Notes: generated from the sequence alone by a model not told the origin. Positions 37,401 through 46,679 are shown, counted from the first letter of the stretch. The stretch: 64,000 nucleotides of DNA from Bacteroidota bacterium (GCA_014584605.1 JACTMO010000053.1:89792-153791); one strand, 5' to 3'. Program-made: numbers and translations.

Positions 37401-39521
37401 TCAGCGCAACAGGGTCACATGGCCGGAGTACTCCTTGCCGTCGCTGCGCGTGAGAACGTAGTAGTAGGTGCCCTCGCTCACATCCTTGGGCGACCACTGG
37501 TTGCGATAGCTGGCGCTCTCGTACACCTTCTGGCCCCAGCGGTTGTACACCTTCAGGTCGCTGTTGGGGAAGTACTCCACGCCGGAGAATTCCAGGTTGT
37601 CGTTATCACCATCGCCGTTGGGGCTGAACACATTGGGCACGAAGATCTCCGTGGGGATCACCAGGAAGAGGTAGGTGGCCGTGTCGGTGCAGCCGTTGCT
37701 GGTGGTCACCGTCAGGGTGATCGGGTAGGTGCCCGGCTCGTCGAAGGTGATGCCTGCGGTGCTGCCGGTGCCGCCCCCCTGGCCGCCCAGGTCCCACAGC
37801 CACTGCGTGATGGGGTCCTGGCTGCTGCTGCCGTCGCTGAAGATCACCGGGGTCCCGGGGAACACCGGACCGGGTGGATCGGCGAGGATGCCGGCCTCGG
37901 GCCCGGGAGCGGTCACCACGTTCACGGGAGCCGAGGTGCCCTGGCAGCCCGCATCATTGGTCACCGTCACCGTATAGGTGCCGGTGTTCACCGCCACGGT
38001 CGGGGTCTGTGCGCCGGTGCTCCACAGGTATTGTGCGTAGGGCTGTGTGGTGCTGAGCACGGCCGGGTCGTCCCCGCAGGAGAACAGGTTGCCGGTGATC
38101 ACGGGCTGGGGCACCGGAGCTTCGGTCACCACCACCGTGTTGCTGCCGAAGGTGCAGTAGCCGGCGGTGACCTCCACGCTGTAGGTGCCCGGGCCCACCA
38201 GCACGCTGTTGCCGTCGTACCCGTTGCTCCAGGTGTACGTGTCGTAGAGCGGGGGCACCGAGAGGGTGACGCCCTGCCCGGCGCAGGCCACGGTGTCGCC
38301 GGCGATCACCGGGGCCGGCAGGGTGGTGAAGTACACCTCCACCACGATGTCGATGGTGGTGGTGAGCGGCGGCGAGCCGTTGTCGGTGGCCGTGAAGGTG
38401 ATGGTGTGGAAACCGGCCTCCAGCGGGGTGGGGGTGAACTGGCCCTGCACCACCACCGAGTTGTTGCCGCTGGTGTTCAGCACCTCGGCATAGCCCGAGA
38501 GGGTGGGGGCCGTGGAACTGGCCACCGTCACCTGGCCCTGCTCGGGGGCGATGAAGTTCATCTCGATGTCCACCAGCTCGCCGGTGCACACCCGCACGGT
38601 GTCGCACAGGAAGGTGCTGCTGGCGATGGGCGGGATGTTCTGGGTGCTCACCGAGGTGGTGAAGACGAAGTTCTGATCGTCCAGCCAGTCCACGCCGTCC
38701 GGCACGCCAAAGGGCCCATCATAGGCCATGCCCGGCTGGTCAAAGGTGCCGAACTGGATGTAGTCCACCCCATTGCCACGGTTGGCACCCACCACCGCCG
38801 GGATGCCCCCGAAGCCGTTGGTGCCCTGGGAGGCCGCACCAGTGGTCCAGTCCATGTCCTTGTAGCAGAAGCTCACGTTCCGGCCCACGCCGATCACCGG
38901 ATCGTTGCCGTCGGTGATGATCAGCTGGAAGGTGCATTTCTTGTCGGTCTCCGAGTTGTAATACCCCACATCCACCCAGTTCACATACAACGCCGAGGGG
39001 GTCACCTTGTAGAGCACCTGACCGCCGTTGAGGCCCATGCCGTCGTCGCCGCGGGTGTCCACGTCCGCCCAGAAAGGCGCCACCATGATGAAATCGGCGT
39101 TGGGGAAGGAGCTTGCGCTGTACGTGGGGTAGGGGGCCTGGAAGGAGATGTTGCCGTTGTTGTTGATGAACAACGTGTTGTAGAGGTCGCCGTAAAGATT
39201 GAACTGGAAGGGGATGTAGATGGCCGCAGAGGAGCCGTCGTCGTTGGGCGCCAGGGCCAGTTGGTAGGTGCTATCCGGCGTGATCCAGCAGTTACAGTCG
39301 CCGTTCACACCACCACCGCCGCCTTTGGGACGGGCTGGTGCTGCCGTGGAGCGGTGTACCGGCGGGGTTATGGGCTCCTGCGCCGGTCGCAGCAATTCGA
39401 ATTCGGCGGGCAGCCTGCCCTGGGCCTTCAGGGCGTCGTAGTCGGCCGTGGTGAGCTTCACTTGGGCCACGGCGGCGCTGTGCAGCACCATGGCGGCGAA
39501 AAGGAGGAGCGGTTTGCGCAT
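37401..39521 (-). CDS. Adhesin-like T9SS type-B CTD protein, paralog A (NIDO-like N-terminal domain, Ig/PKD-like repeats)
   Basis: Signal peptide 'MRKPLLLFAAMVLHSAAVAQ'. The N-terminal ~270 aa ('DCNCWI...IPFQFNLYGDLYNTLFINNNGNISF...FWADVDTRG') is tentatively nidogen-like. C-terminal 'VPNVFSPNGDGDNDNLEF...VYNRWGQKVYE...GTYYYVL...GHVTLLR'. Confidence 0.75.
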   Translation of the reverse strand: MRKPLLLFAAMVLHSAAVAQVKLTTADYDALKAQGRLPAEFELLRPAQEPITPPVHRSTAAPARPKGGGGGVNGDCNCWITPDSTYQLALAPNDDGSSAAIYIPFQFNLYGDLYNTLFINNNGNISFQAPYPTYSASSFPNADFIMVAPFWADVDTRGDDGMGLNGGQVLYKVTPSALYVNWVDVGYYNSETDKKCTFQLIITDGNDPVIGVGRNVSFCYKDMDWTTGAASQGTNGFGGIPAVVGANRGNGVDYIQFGTFDQPGMAYDGPFGVPDGVDWLDDQNFVFTTSVSTQNIPPIASSTFLCDTVRVCTGELVDIEMNFIAPEQGQVTVASSTAPTLSGYAEVLNTSGNNSVVVQGQFTPTPLEAGFHTITFTATDNGSPPLTTTIDIVVEVYFTTLPAPVIAGDTVACAGQGVTLSVPPLYDTYTWSNGYDGNSVLVGPGTYSVEVTAGYCTFGSNTVVVTEAPVPQPVITGNLFSCGDDPAVLSTTQPYAQYLWSTGAQTPTVAVNTGTYTVTVTNDAGCQGTSAPVNVVTAPGPEAGILADPPGPVFPGTPVIFSDGSSSQDPITQWLWDLGGQGGGTGSTAGITFDEPGTYPITLTVTTSNGCTDTATYLFLVIPTEIFVPNVFSPNGDGDNDNLEFSGVEYFPNSDLKVYNRWGQKVYESASYRNQWSPKDVSEGTYYYVLTRSDGKEYSGHVTLLR

Positions 39522-39535
39522 GGATCGTTCGGAGG

Positions 39536-42451
39536 TCACTTCAGCAGGCTCACATGGCCCACCCATTCCTGCTTGTCGGCGGCGAACACCGGTCGGCCGA
39601 TCAGCCGCCAGGTGTACACCCCGGAGGGCAGGATCTCCCCGCCGCCTTGGGCGCGGCCGTCCCAGCCCTGCAGGATGTCGTGGGTCTTGAAGATGAGCTG
39701 ACCCCAGCGGTCATAGACCTCCAGGGTATGCTCTTCGGGCACCAGGTCCGCCAGGATGGGCAGGAAGATCTCATTGAGGTTGTTGCCGTCGGGCGTGAAG
39801 GCGTTGGGCACGTAGATGGCCGGCACGTACACCGGCACCACCTTGCACAGCGAATCGGCGCAGCCATAGCGGTCGACCACATGCAGGCACACCTCGTGGT
39901 CATCGCCGATCACATCGCTGAACTCGTAGTACAGCGTGCGCTGGGTGGCGGTGTCCGTACCGTTGAAGGTCCACAGCCATTCAACGGCCTCGGGGTCGTC
40001 GCTGGCGAAGTAGATGGATGCGTTGTGCTCGGTTCCCGGGTTGGGGCTGAAGGTGAAGGTGGCCTGCGGGGCCGGCTTGGCGATCACCGCGCCCGGCACC
40101 TGCAACTGGTCGGTGCAGCCTGCGGGGGTGGTCACCGTCAGCCCCACGGTGTAGGAGCCCGGCGTGCTGTACAGGTGCGTCACGCTGTCGCAGCCCAGGG
40201 TGCTGGACCCATCGCCCAGGTCCCATACGCAGACCCCGCCCAGGAAGGCGCTGTCGGTGGTGTTGTACAGGCCCGCCAGCACCGGTACGCACCCGCTGTC
40301 GGGGTCCACCGTGAAGGTCACCACGGGCAGGGGGTTCACGGTCACCTCCACCAGGGCCGTGTCGATGAGATGGGTGCAGCTGCCGCCGCCCTGCACGGCG
40401 TACAGGTAGGTACCAGCGGGGTCCACCGACGGATCGAGCATGGCGGCGTGCGCCTGTCCCCCCGGGTCGGTCCAGCTGCCGCCCAAGTCCGGCGAGCCGC
40501 CCAACAAGGGGAACAACGGGGTCGCCGGGCCGTCCGCACAGAGCGTCAGCAGGGCGTCCTGCCCGGCGTCGGGTTCGGGGTCCACGGACAGGGTAAGGGT
40601 GGCGGTGAGCGTCGGGCAGGGCGCCGTGGCGGTCACCGTGTAGGTGTAGGCGCCTGGAGGATCGTTGGCGGCGTTGAAGGTGCCCGGGAAGGGTTGCTGG
40701 TTGGGATCGGTCCACGTGCCGGTGGCGTCGGGCGTGCCGCCCAGGGTGGCCAGCATGTCCAGCGGCGCGGCGTCGGTGCACAGGGTGAGGGCGGCGTCCG
40801 TGCCGGCGTCCACGGCCTGGGGAATGGAGACCGTGACAAAGGCCGTGTCGTTGGGGCAGGGACTTGTGCCGGACACGATGTAGCGGTATGTCCCGGCCGG
40901 GTCGGTACCGGGGTCAAGCGTTCCGGAGAAGACGCTGCCGTTGGGATATTGCCATGCGCCCGTGGCCATGGGGCCGCCGGGGATGTTCAGGAAGAGGTCG
41001 TCCGGCCCGTCGCTGCTGCAATAGGACAGGGCCACGTCCTGCCCGGCGTTCACCGAGGCCTGGGTGGTCATGGTCACCGTGCCGGTGGAGGCGCAGCTGC
41101 TGCCCTGACCCACGGCATAGAGGTAGGCCCCGTCGATATCGGTGCCCGGGGTGAAGGTGCCGGTGTGCACGTTGCCGTTGGGGTCGGTCCAGTCGCCGTT
41201 GGCCGGTGGATTTCCACCCAGCAGGGTCAGCATGTCCAGCGGCGGTTCCGAATCGCACACCGTCAGTGCGCCCGATGTGATCACCGACCCCTGCTGCACC
41301 TCGACGATGATGTTCACGGTGGAGGTCATCGATGGGGTGCCGTCGTCGGTGCCCTGGATGGAGATGACGTGGAAGCCCACGTCGGCCGGAGTGGGCAGGA
41401 TGTCGATGCTGATGGTGGCGGCCAGGCCCGGCACCAGGCTGGTGATGTTGAAGTTGGTCAGGGTGAGGCTGGTGGCCGAGGGGGTGGTGATCTGGCCCGG
41501 CTCGGGGGAGAGGAAGGTGACGTCCAGGGTGGCCAGGTCGCCCACGCACAGGATGATCGAATCGCACACGCTCTGGCCGCTCACCACCGGAGGCACGTTG
41601 GCCGTGGTGATGTCGGTGCTGAAGCTGAAGTACTGGTCGTCCAGGAAGCTCACCCCATCGTTGAGGCCGAAGGGCCCGTCGTAGGCCGTGCCGGGCTGAT
41701 CGAAGCGGCCGAACTGGATGTAGTCCACACCGTTGCCCTCGTTGGCCCCCACGCTGGCGGGCGTGCCGCCAAAGCCGTTGGTGCCCCCGCTGGCAGAGCC
41801 CGTGGTCCACTGCATGTCCTTGTAACAAAAGCTCACGTTGGCCCCGTTGGGCACCACCGGATCGGTGCCGTCGGTGATGATCAATTGGAAGGTGTTGACC
41901 TTGTCGGTCATGCTGTTGTAGTAGCCCACGTTGGTCCAGTTCACGTACAGGGCCGTGGAGGTCACCTTGAACTGCACCACGTTGTTGCCGAAACCCGGTC
42001 CTCGCAGGTCCACATCGGCCCAGAAGGGGGCCACCATGGTGTAGCCGTTGAAGGGGAATCCCGTGGAGCTGAACGTGCCATAATACTGGCCGAAGCTGAC
42101 GTTGCCGTTGATGTTGATATAGACCGTGTTGTACAGCGTGCCGTAGAGATAGAACTGGAAGGGCAGCATGATCGGGCCGTAGCTGCCGTCATCGGCGTTG
42201 TGGAATCCGCTCGCATCCCACTGACTGGTGTTGTTGATCGTGGTATAGCTGGCGTCGGGCAGGATCCAGCAATCGCAGGTGGCGCTGCCGCCGCGTTGCA
42301 TGTACGGATCGGGTGCCGGGGCACCTCCCGTTGCTGGTGCAGGGGGGTGGGTGCTGAGCTTCCAGGCGTCGTAACTGGCCTGGTCGTACGGTACCTGTCC
42401 TGTGCCGGTCAGCGCGGTCAGCAGCAGCAGGGGGATCAGGAGGTGCCGCAT
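39536..42451 (-). CDS. Adhesin-like T9SS type-B CTD protein, paralog B (same NIDO-like N-terminal domain, longer repeat region)
   Basis: The N-terminus 'CDCWILPDASY...MLPFQFYLYGTLYNTVYININGNVSF...FWADVDLRG' aligns with paralog A over ~270 aa. PKD-like 'VWDLGDGSSTLG'. C-terminal 'VPNAFTPDGNNLNEIFLP...VYDRWGQLIFK...GHVSLLK'. Confidence 0.75.
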   Translation of the reverse strand: MRHLLIPLLLLTALTGTGQVPYDQASYDAWKLSTHPPAPATGGAPAPDPYMQRGGSATCDCWILPDASYTTINNTSQWDASGFHNADDGSYGPIMLPFQFYLYGTLYNTVYININGNVSFGQYYGTFSSTGFPFNGYTMVAPFWADVDLRGPGFGNNVVQFKVTSTALYVNWTNVGYYNSMTDKVNTFQLIITDGTDPVVPNGANVSFCYKDMQWTTGSASGGTNGFGGTPASVGANEGNGVDYIQFGRFDQPGTAYDGPFGLNDGVSFLDDQYFSFSTDITTANVPPVVSGQSVCDSIILCVGDLATLDVTFLSPEPGQITTPSATSLTLTNFNITSLVPGLAATISIDILPTPADVGFHVISIQGTDDGTPSMTSTVNIIVEVQQGSVITSGALTVCDSEPPLDMLTLLGGNPPANGDWTDPNGNVHTGTFTPGTDIDGAYLYAVGQGSSCASTGTVTMTTQASVNAGQDVALSYCSSDGPDDLFLNIPGGPMATGAWQYPNGSVFSGTLDPGTDPAGTYRYIVSGTSPCPNDTAFVTVSIPQAVDAGTDAALTLCTDAAPLDMLATLGGTPDATGTWTDPNQQPFPGTFNAANDPPGAYTYTVTATAPCPTLTATLTLSVDPEPDAGQDALLTLCADGPATPLFPLLGGSPDLGGSWTDPGGQAHAAMLDPSVDPAGTYLYAVQGGGSCTHLIDTALVEVTVNPLPVVTFTVDPDSGCVPVLAGLYNTTDSAFLGGVCVWDLGDGSSTLGCDSVTHLYSTPGSYTVGLTVTTPAGCTDQLQVPGAVIAKPAPQATFTFSPNPGTEHNASIYFASDDPEAVEWLWTFNGTDTATQRTLYYEFSDVIGDDHEVCLHVVDRYGCADSLCKVVPVYVPAIYVPNAFTPDGNNLNEIFLPILADLVPEEHTLEVYDRWGQLIFKTHDILQGWDGRAQGGGEILPSGVYTWRLIGRPVFAADKQEWVGHVSLLK

Positions 42452-42458
42452 GCCGGGT

Positions 42459-43646
42459 TCAACGGATGATGTTCACGGTGTTGCTGAAGATCTTGGCCCG
42501 GCCCGCCAGGTCCACCACCTCCACGGCATAAAGGTAGGTCCCACTGGGGCAGGGCTGGCCGTGCAGATCGTTACCGTCCCAAGGACGAAGGTCGTTGGCC
42601 GAGTACACCATCGAACCATTGGTGCTGCTGAAGATCCGCACGGCCACACGTTGATATTGGCTGCCCTGCGGTACCCATTGTTCGTTCTCCCCATCGCCGT
42701 TGGGGGTGAACACATTGGGGATGAAGAGCACGGGCTCGGGGACGGCCGTTCCCCCGGCCTCCGGTCCAGGCTCGGGTACCAGCACCTCGACAGGGCTCCG
42801 TGCAGCCTCAGGCGTGCGGTCCTTGCCGTGGGACAGCTCGTGCAGCACCTCCTCCACGACCTGCCTGCCCGCAGGGTCCGGTACGGCCTCCATCGTCCGT
42901 TGTGCGACCTGTACGGAGGCGGCGACCGCTTCGGATGTCGGGGCATCGGATCCGGCGACCTGCGCCGGTGCGGGGTCGGTGGACACCATGTGTTCCTGCG
43001 CGGTCGTGGCGGCGCCATCGGTCGTTGCCCCCTCGGGTTCGGCGGGAAGCGTGACCGTTCGGGCGGGTTGGGGTGCGGCTGCCGGGGTGAGCACCGTGGC
43101 CTTCGGTCCTGGGGGCGCTCCGGCGTTGGCGGTGGGCGTGTCCGCGATCACCGGTGCGGTGACCACGGAGCGAGGGACGGGGTTCACCACCGGTGCCTTC
43201 ACCGCGACCGGTCCTGCACGGTGCTTGTCCGCCGCCAGGTACAGCCCGCCGACCAGCAACAAGGCCGCTGCACCACCGACCGCCCAACCCACCACGGAAC
43301 TGCCGCCAGGAATGGTCGCGCCCCGGCCCAGCTGACCTTCGATGGCGGTCCATGCGGAGTTCGGTACGGCCGCCTCATGACCGGCGAAGCGCTCGCGCAA
43401 CAGGCTGTTCACCGGATCGGCCTGGCCCACCCGTTGTTCGATGGCCCCCCAACTGGCGGGGTCCACCGCGACCTCGTGGTCGGCGAAGCGCTCGCGCAGC
43501 AGCCCGCAGATCGGGTCGGTACCTACGGCGGCCATGGCCGTCCGGGTGCGGATCGCCTCCCACACCCCGCGTGGTACGGCCATCTCATGGTCGGCGAAGC
43601 GCTCGCGCAGGGTCCGGGTCAGTTCATCCTTCCGCTCCATCGCCAT
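42459..43646 (-). CDS. Single-pass membrane protein, anti-sigma-factor-like: cytoplasmic triple repeat, TM helix, Pro/Ala-rich linker, T9SS type-B CTD
   Basis: Immediately downstream of, and overlapping, the ECF sigma gene. Three ~23-aa repeats 'LLRERFADHE(M/V)AV...W.AI'. TM 'VVGWAVGGAAALLLVGGLYLAA'. Low-complexity P/A/T linker. C-terminal 'IPNVFTPNGDGENEQWVP...VRIFSSTNGSMVYSANDLRPWDGNDL...GTYLYAVEVVD...NIIR'. Confidence 0.6.
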   Translation of the reverse strand: MAMERKDELTRTLRERFADHEMAVPRGVWEAIRTRTAMAAVGTDPICGLLRERFADHEVAVDPASWGAIEQRVGQADPVNSLLRERFAGHEAAVPNSAWTAIEGQLGRGATIPGGSSVVGWAVGGAAALLLVGGLYLAADKHRAGPVAVKAPVVNPVPRSVVTAPVIADTPTANAGAPPGPKATVLTPAAAPQPARTVTLPAEPEGATTDGAATTAQEHMVSTDPAPAQVAGSDAPTSEAVAASVQVAQRTMEAVPDPAGRQVVEEVLHELSHGKDRTPEAARSPVEVLVPEPGPEAGGTAVPEPVLFIPNVFTPNGDGENEQWVPQGSQYQRVAVRIFSSTNGSMVYSANDLRPWDGNDLHGQPCPSGTYLYAVEVVDLAGRAKIFSNTVNIIR

Positions 43647-44181
43647 AGATGTCGGCCGCCTCCTTGGGCAGCAGTTTGCGCAGGTAGGCGCGTGCTTTCA
43701 TGAACTGGCTCTTCGAGGTGTTCTCGCTGATCCCCATCATCTCGCTGATCTCCTTGTGGGCGTAGCCTTCGATGGCGAAGAGGTTGAACACCGCCCGGTA
43801 TCCCGGGGGCAGGGCCTGGATCAGTTCCATGAGCTCATCGGTGCTCATCTGGCCAAGCACTTGGGCATCCTCGCTGTGCAGGTGCTCGGCCTCGGTGAGG
43901 TCCAGGCTGTGGTCGTAGGGCTTGTTCCGCCGGATGTGGTCCAAGGCGGTGTTCACCATGGTGCGGGCGATCCACCCCCCCAGCGGACCATCGCCGCGGT
44001 AGTGGTCCATTTTCTGGAACACCTTAACGAACCCGTCCTGCAGGATGTCCTGGGCCTGTTCACGCCCCGGGGCGTACCGCATGCAGATGCTCATCATCTT
44101 CCGGGCGTAGCAACGGTAGAGCTCCTTCTGGGCCAGGGGGTCGCCCTGGAGGCATCCGTTCACGAGCTGTTCGTCGGTCAT
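43624..44181 (-). CDS. RNA polymerase ECF-type sigma-70 factor
   Basis: Region 2 'ELYRCYARKMMSICMRYAPGREQAQDILQDGFVKVF' and region 4 'LPPGYRAVFNLFAIEGYAHKEISEMMGISENTSKSQ'. ATG at 44179-44181; the tracked ORF begins with TTG at 44208. Confidence 0.9.
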   Translation of the reverse strand: MTDEQLVNGCLQGDPLAQKELYRCYARKMMSICMRYAPGREQAQDILQDGFVKVFQKMDHYRGDGPLGGWIARTMVNTALDHIRRNKPYDHSLDLTEAEHLHSEDAQVLGQMSTDELMELIQALPPGYRAVFNLFAIEGYAHKEISEMMGISENTSKSQFMKARAYLRKLLPKEAADIYGDGAEG

Positions 44182-44383
44182 GTGTGGCGCACCAAAGCCG
44201 TTCAACAAAAGGTGCTTCCGGGTGGAATGATGCGATCCGCCCCCGAAAAGTTGCCCGGCCCCTGCAAGTTAGGGCACCGGCCCGGGTCCGGGGAAGCCGA
44301 CCGCCGGACTTCGCACCGACCGTCGGCCCCTTCGGCCAACGCCGCCTTACCTTCGTGCGTCCCAGAAGACAACAGAACCGAAC

Positions 44384-45013
44384 ATGAAGACCGCGATCGC
44401 GATCTCCGCCATGGCCTTGCTGGGCATGGCGCCGCACGACGAATTGAAGGACCTGAACCTGGGCGACCCGCTGCCCATGCCCGACCACCGCATGCTGGAC
44501 GTGGGCGGCCAGGAGAAGAGCCTGCGGGAACTGGCCGGCCGCAATGGCCTGTTGGTGATCTTCACCTGCAACACCTGCCCCTTCGTGGTGGGCACCGAGG
44601 ACAGCGAAGGCTGGGAGGGGCGTTACCCCGGGCTGGGCGTTTTTGCCCGGCAGCACGGGGTCGGCATGGCACTGGTGAACAGCAACGAGGCCAAGCGCAC
44701 GGCGGGCGATGGGTATGAGGACATGCGGAAACGGTACGAGGAGAAGGGCTACAACCATTACTACCTGCTGGACACGGGCCACCAGGTGGCCGATGCCTTC
44801 GCGGCCCGCACCACGCCTCATGTGTTCCTGTTCGACAAGGACCTCAAACTGGTGTACAAGGGTGCGGTGGACGACCGCGTGGAGAAGGCGGCCGACGTGA
44901 AACAGCCCTTCGTGCGCAACGCCATCACCAACCTGGCCGAAGGCCGCACGATCGATCCGACGGTGACGCGCAACATCGGGTGCAGCATCAAGCGGGTGGA
45001 GCACACGCACTGA
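44384..45013 (+). CDS. Thioredoxin-fold (redoxin/AhpC-TSA-like) protein
   Basis: 'LLVIFTCNTCPFV' CxxC in a thioredoxin-fold context; 'TPHVFLFDKDLKLVYKGAVDD'. Confidence 0.7.
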   Translation: MKTAIAISAMALLGMAPHDELKDLNLGDPLPMPDHRMLDVGGQEKSLRELAGRNGLLVIFTCNTCPFVVGTEDSEGWEGRYPGLGVFARQHGVGMALVNSNEAKRTAGDGYEDMRKRYEEKGYNHYYLLDTGHQVADAFAARTTPHVFLFDKDLKLVYKGAVDDRVEKAADVKQPFVRNAITNLAEGRTIDPTVTRNIGCSIKRVEHTH

Positions 45014-45130
45014 AGCTGCGCTGTGGACAACAGGCTTGCGGCCGCTCCCCCGGGGCGGCCGCGCTGTTGAAAAGAGGTGCCTGTGCGCACGCTGCGCACT
45101 TCGTTCCTTTGTGCGAAAGGCAAAGCGGAC

Positions 45131-46438
45131 ATGAACGTGCTGCTGATCGGTAGCGGGGGACGCGAGCACGCCCTGGCCTGGAAACTGGCCCAGAGCACCC
45201 TGCTGGACACCCTCTACATCGCCCCGGGCAACCCGGGCATGGCGCGCCACGGGCGCCTGGTGGACCTCGACCTGCACGATGGCAAGGCGCTGCGTCGCTT
45301 TCTGTTGGACAAGGAGATCCGGTATGTGGTGGTGGGGCCCGAGGGTCCCCTGGTGGAAGGGTTGCACGACCGTATCGCCGCGGACCCCAAGCTGGCGGAG
45401 GTCACCGTGATCGGACCGCGTGCGGCGGCAGCCCGCCTGGAGGGCAGCAAGGACTTCGCCAAGGAGTTCATGTTCCGCCACGGCATCCCCACGGCCGCAC
45501 ACCGCACCTTCGGCCCCGGGGAGTTCAAACAGGCCGTGGCACACCTGGAGCGGGTGAAGCCGCCGTATGTGCTGAAGGCCGACGGACTGGCCGCAGGCAA
45601 GGGCGTGGTGATCACCGCCGACCGCAAGGAGGCGGAAAAAGTGCTGCGCGACATGCTGGAGAAAGGCCGCTTCGGCGCGGCCGGGGAACGCGTGGTGATC
45701 GAGGACCATCTGGCCGGCATCGAGGTCAGTGCCTTCCTGATCACCGACGGCCGGTCCTTCAAGATGCTGCCCTCGGCCAAGGACTACAAGCGCATCGGCG
45801 ACGGCGACACCGGCCCCAACACGGGCGGCATGGGCGCCGTGAGCCCCGTGCCCTTTGCGGACAAGGACTTCATGCAGAAGGTGCATGACCGCATCGCCGC
45901 CCCGACCATCCGGGGGCTGCAGCAGGAGGGCATCGCCTACCAGGGCTTTCTGTTCATGGGCCTGATGAACGTGGGCGGTGAGCCGTACGTGATCGAGTAC
46001 AACGTGCGCCTGGGCGATCCGGAGGCCGAGGCCATCCTGCCAAGGCTGCGCAGCGACCTCATGGACCTGTTCGAGGGTATCGCCACCGGAACCCTGAGCG
46101 AACGGCATGTGGACGTGGACGACCGCACCTGCGTGAGCGTGGTGCTGGCCAGCGAGGGCTATCCCGGGGAGGTGATCAAGGGGCGGACCATACAAGGGCT
46201 GCAGCAGGTGAGCGGGGCCCATGTGTTCCACGCCGGGACCGCCGAGGGGCCGCAGGGCCTGGTGACCGCCGGCGGTCGTGTCCTGGTGGTCACCGCCATG
46301 GGCAAGGACCTGGAGCATGCCATCCTGAACTGCTACACGCAGGCGGCAGGCGTTACCTTCCAAGGAAGGCAGTTGCGGATGGATATCGGCCAGGACCTGG
46401 TGCGCCAGCCGGCCCGGACGGGTGCCGCGCAGACCTGA
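45131..46438 (+). CDS. purD: Phosphoribosylamine--glycine ligase
   Basis: 'MNVLLIGSGGREHALAWKL', ATP-grasp 'VLKADGLAAGKGVVI', 'GPNTGGMGAVSP'. Start at ATG 45131. Confidence 0.95.
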   Translation: MNVLLIGSGGREHALAWKLAQSTLLDTLYIAPGNPGMARHGRLVDLDLHDGKALRRFLLDKEIRYVVVGPEGPLVEGLHDRIAADPKLAEVTVIGPRAAAARLEGSKDFAKEFMFRHGIPTAAHRTFGPGEFKQAVAHLERVKPPYVLKADGLAAGKGVVITADRKEAEKVLRDMLEKGRFGAAGERVVIEDHLAGIEVSAFLITDGRSFKMLPSAKDYKRIGDGDTGPNTGGMGAVSPVPFADKDFMQKVHDRIAAPTIRGLQQEGIAYQGFLFMGLMNVGGEPYVIEYNVRLGDPEAEAILPRLRSDLMDLFEGIATGTLSERHVDVDDRTCVSVVLASEGYPGEVIKGRTIQGLQQVSGAHVFHAGTAEGPQGLVTAGGRVLVVTAMGKDLEHAILNCYTQAAGVTFQGRQLRMDIGQDLVRQPARTGAAQT

Positions 46439-46448
46439 GGGCAAGCGA

Positions 46449-46631
46449 TCAGTGCATGCCGCCCTCCTCCTTGGCCTTGCGGTTGAACCGGCCCTGCAGG
46501 CGCAGCCAGTAAACGATGCCGAACCCCAGCACGCAGGCGAAGAGCACCGGCGGCATCCAGCCGAACGGGGTGAGGAACCACTCGAACGTGTTCTGCAGGA
46601 AGTGACCGATGCCGAACCAGATCTGTTGCAT
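46449..46631 (-). CDS. Small membrane protein (60 aa)
   Basis: 'MQQIWFGIGHFLQNTFEWFLTPFGWMPPVLFACVLGFGIVYWL' has one or two hydrophobic helices. No homolog recognised. Confidence 0.35.
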   Translation of the reverse strand: MQQIWFGIGHFLQNTFEWFLTPFGWMPPVLFACVLGFGIVYWLRLQGRFNRKAKEEGGMH

Positions 46632-46679
46632 GGTACGCGTGCTTGAGGCCCGCCAAAGATAGGTGTCCGTCCCTTCCGC

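Noticed and set aside
39554-42469. 971-aa plus-strand ORF exactly mirroring paralog B (also 37380-39701 + mirroring paralog A)
   Set aside because: Mirror-image shadow ORF. The minus-strand products have a signal peptide, conserved N-domain and CTD; the plus frames are Gly/Ala/Val/His low-complexity.
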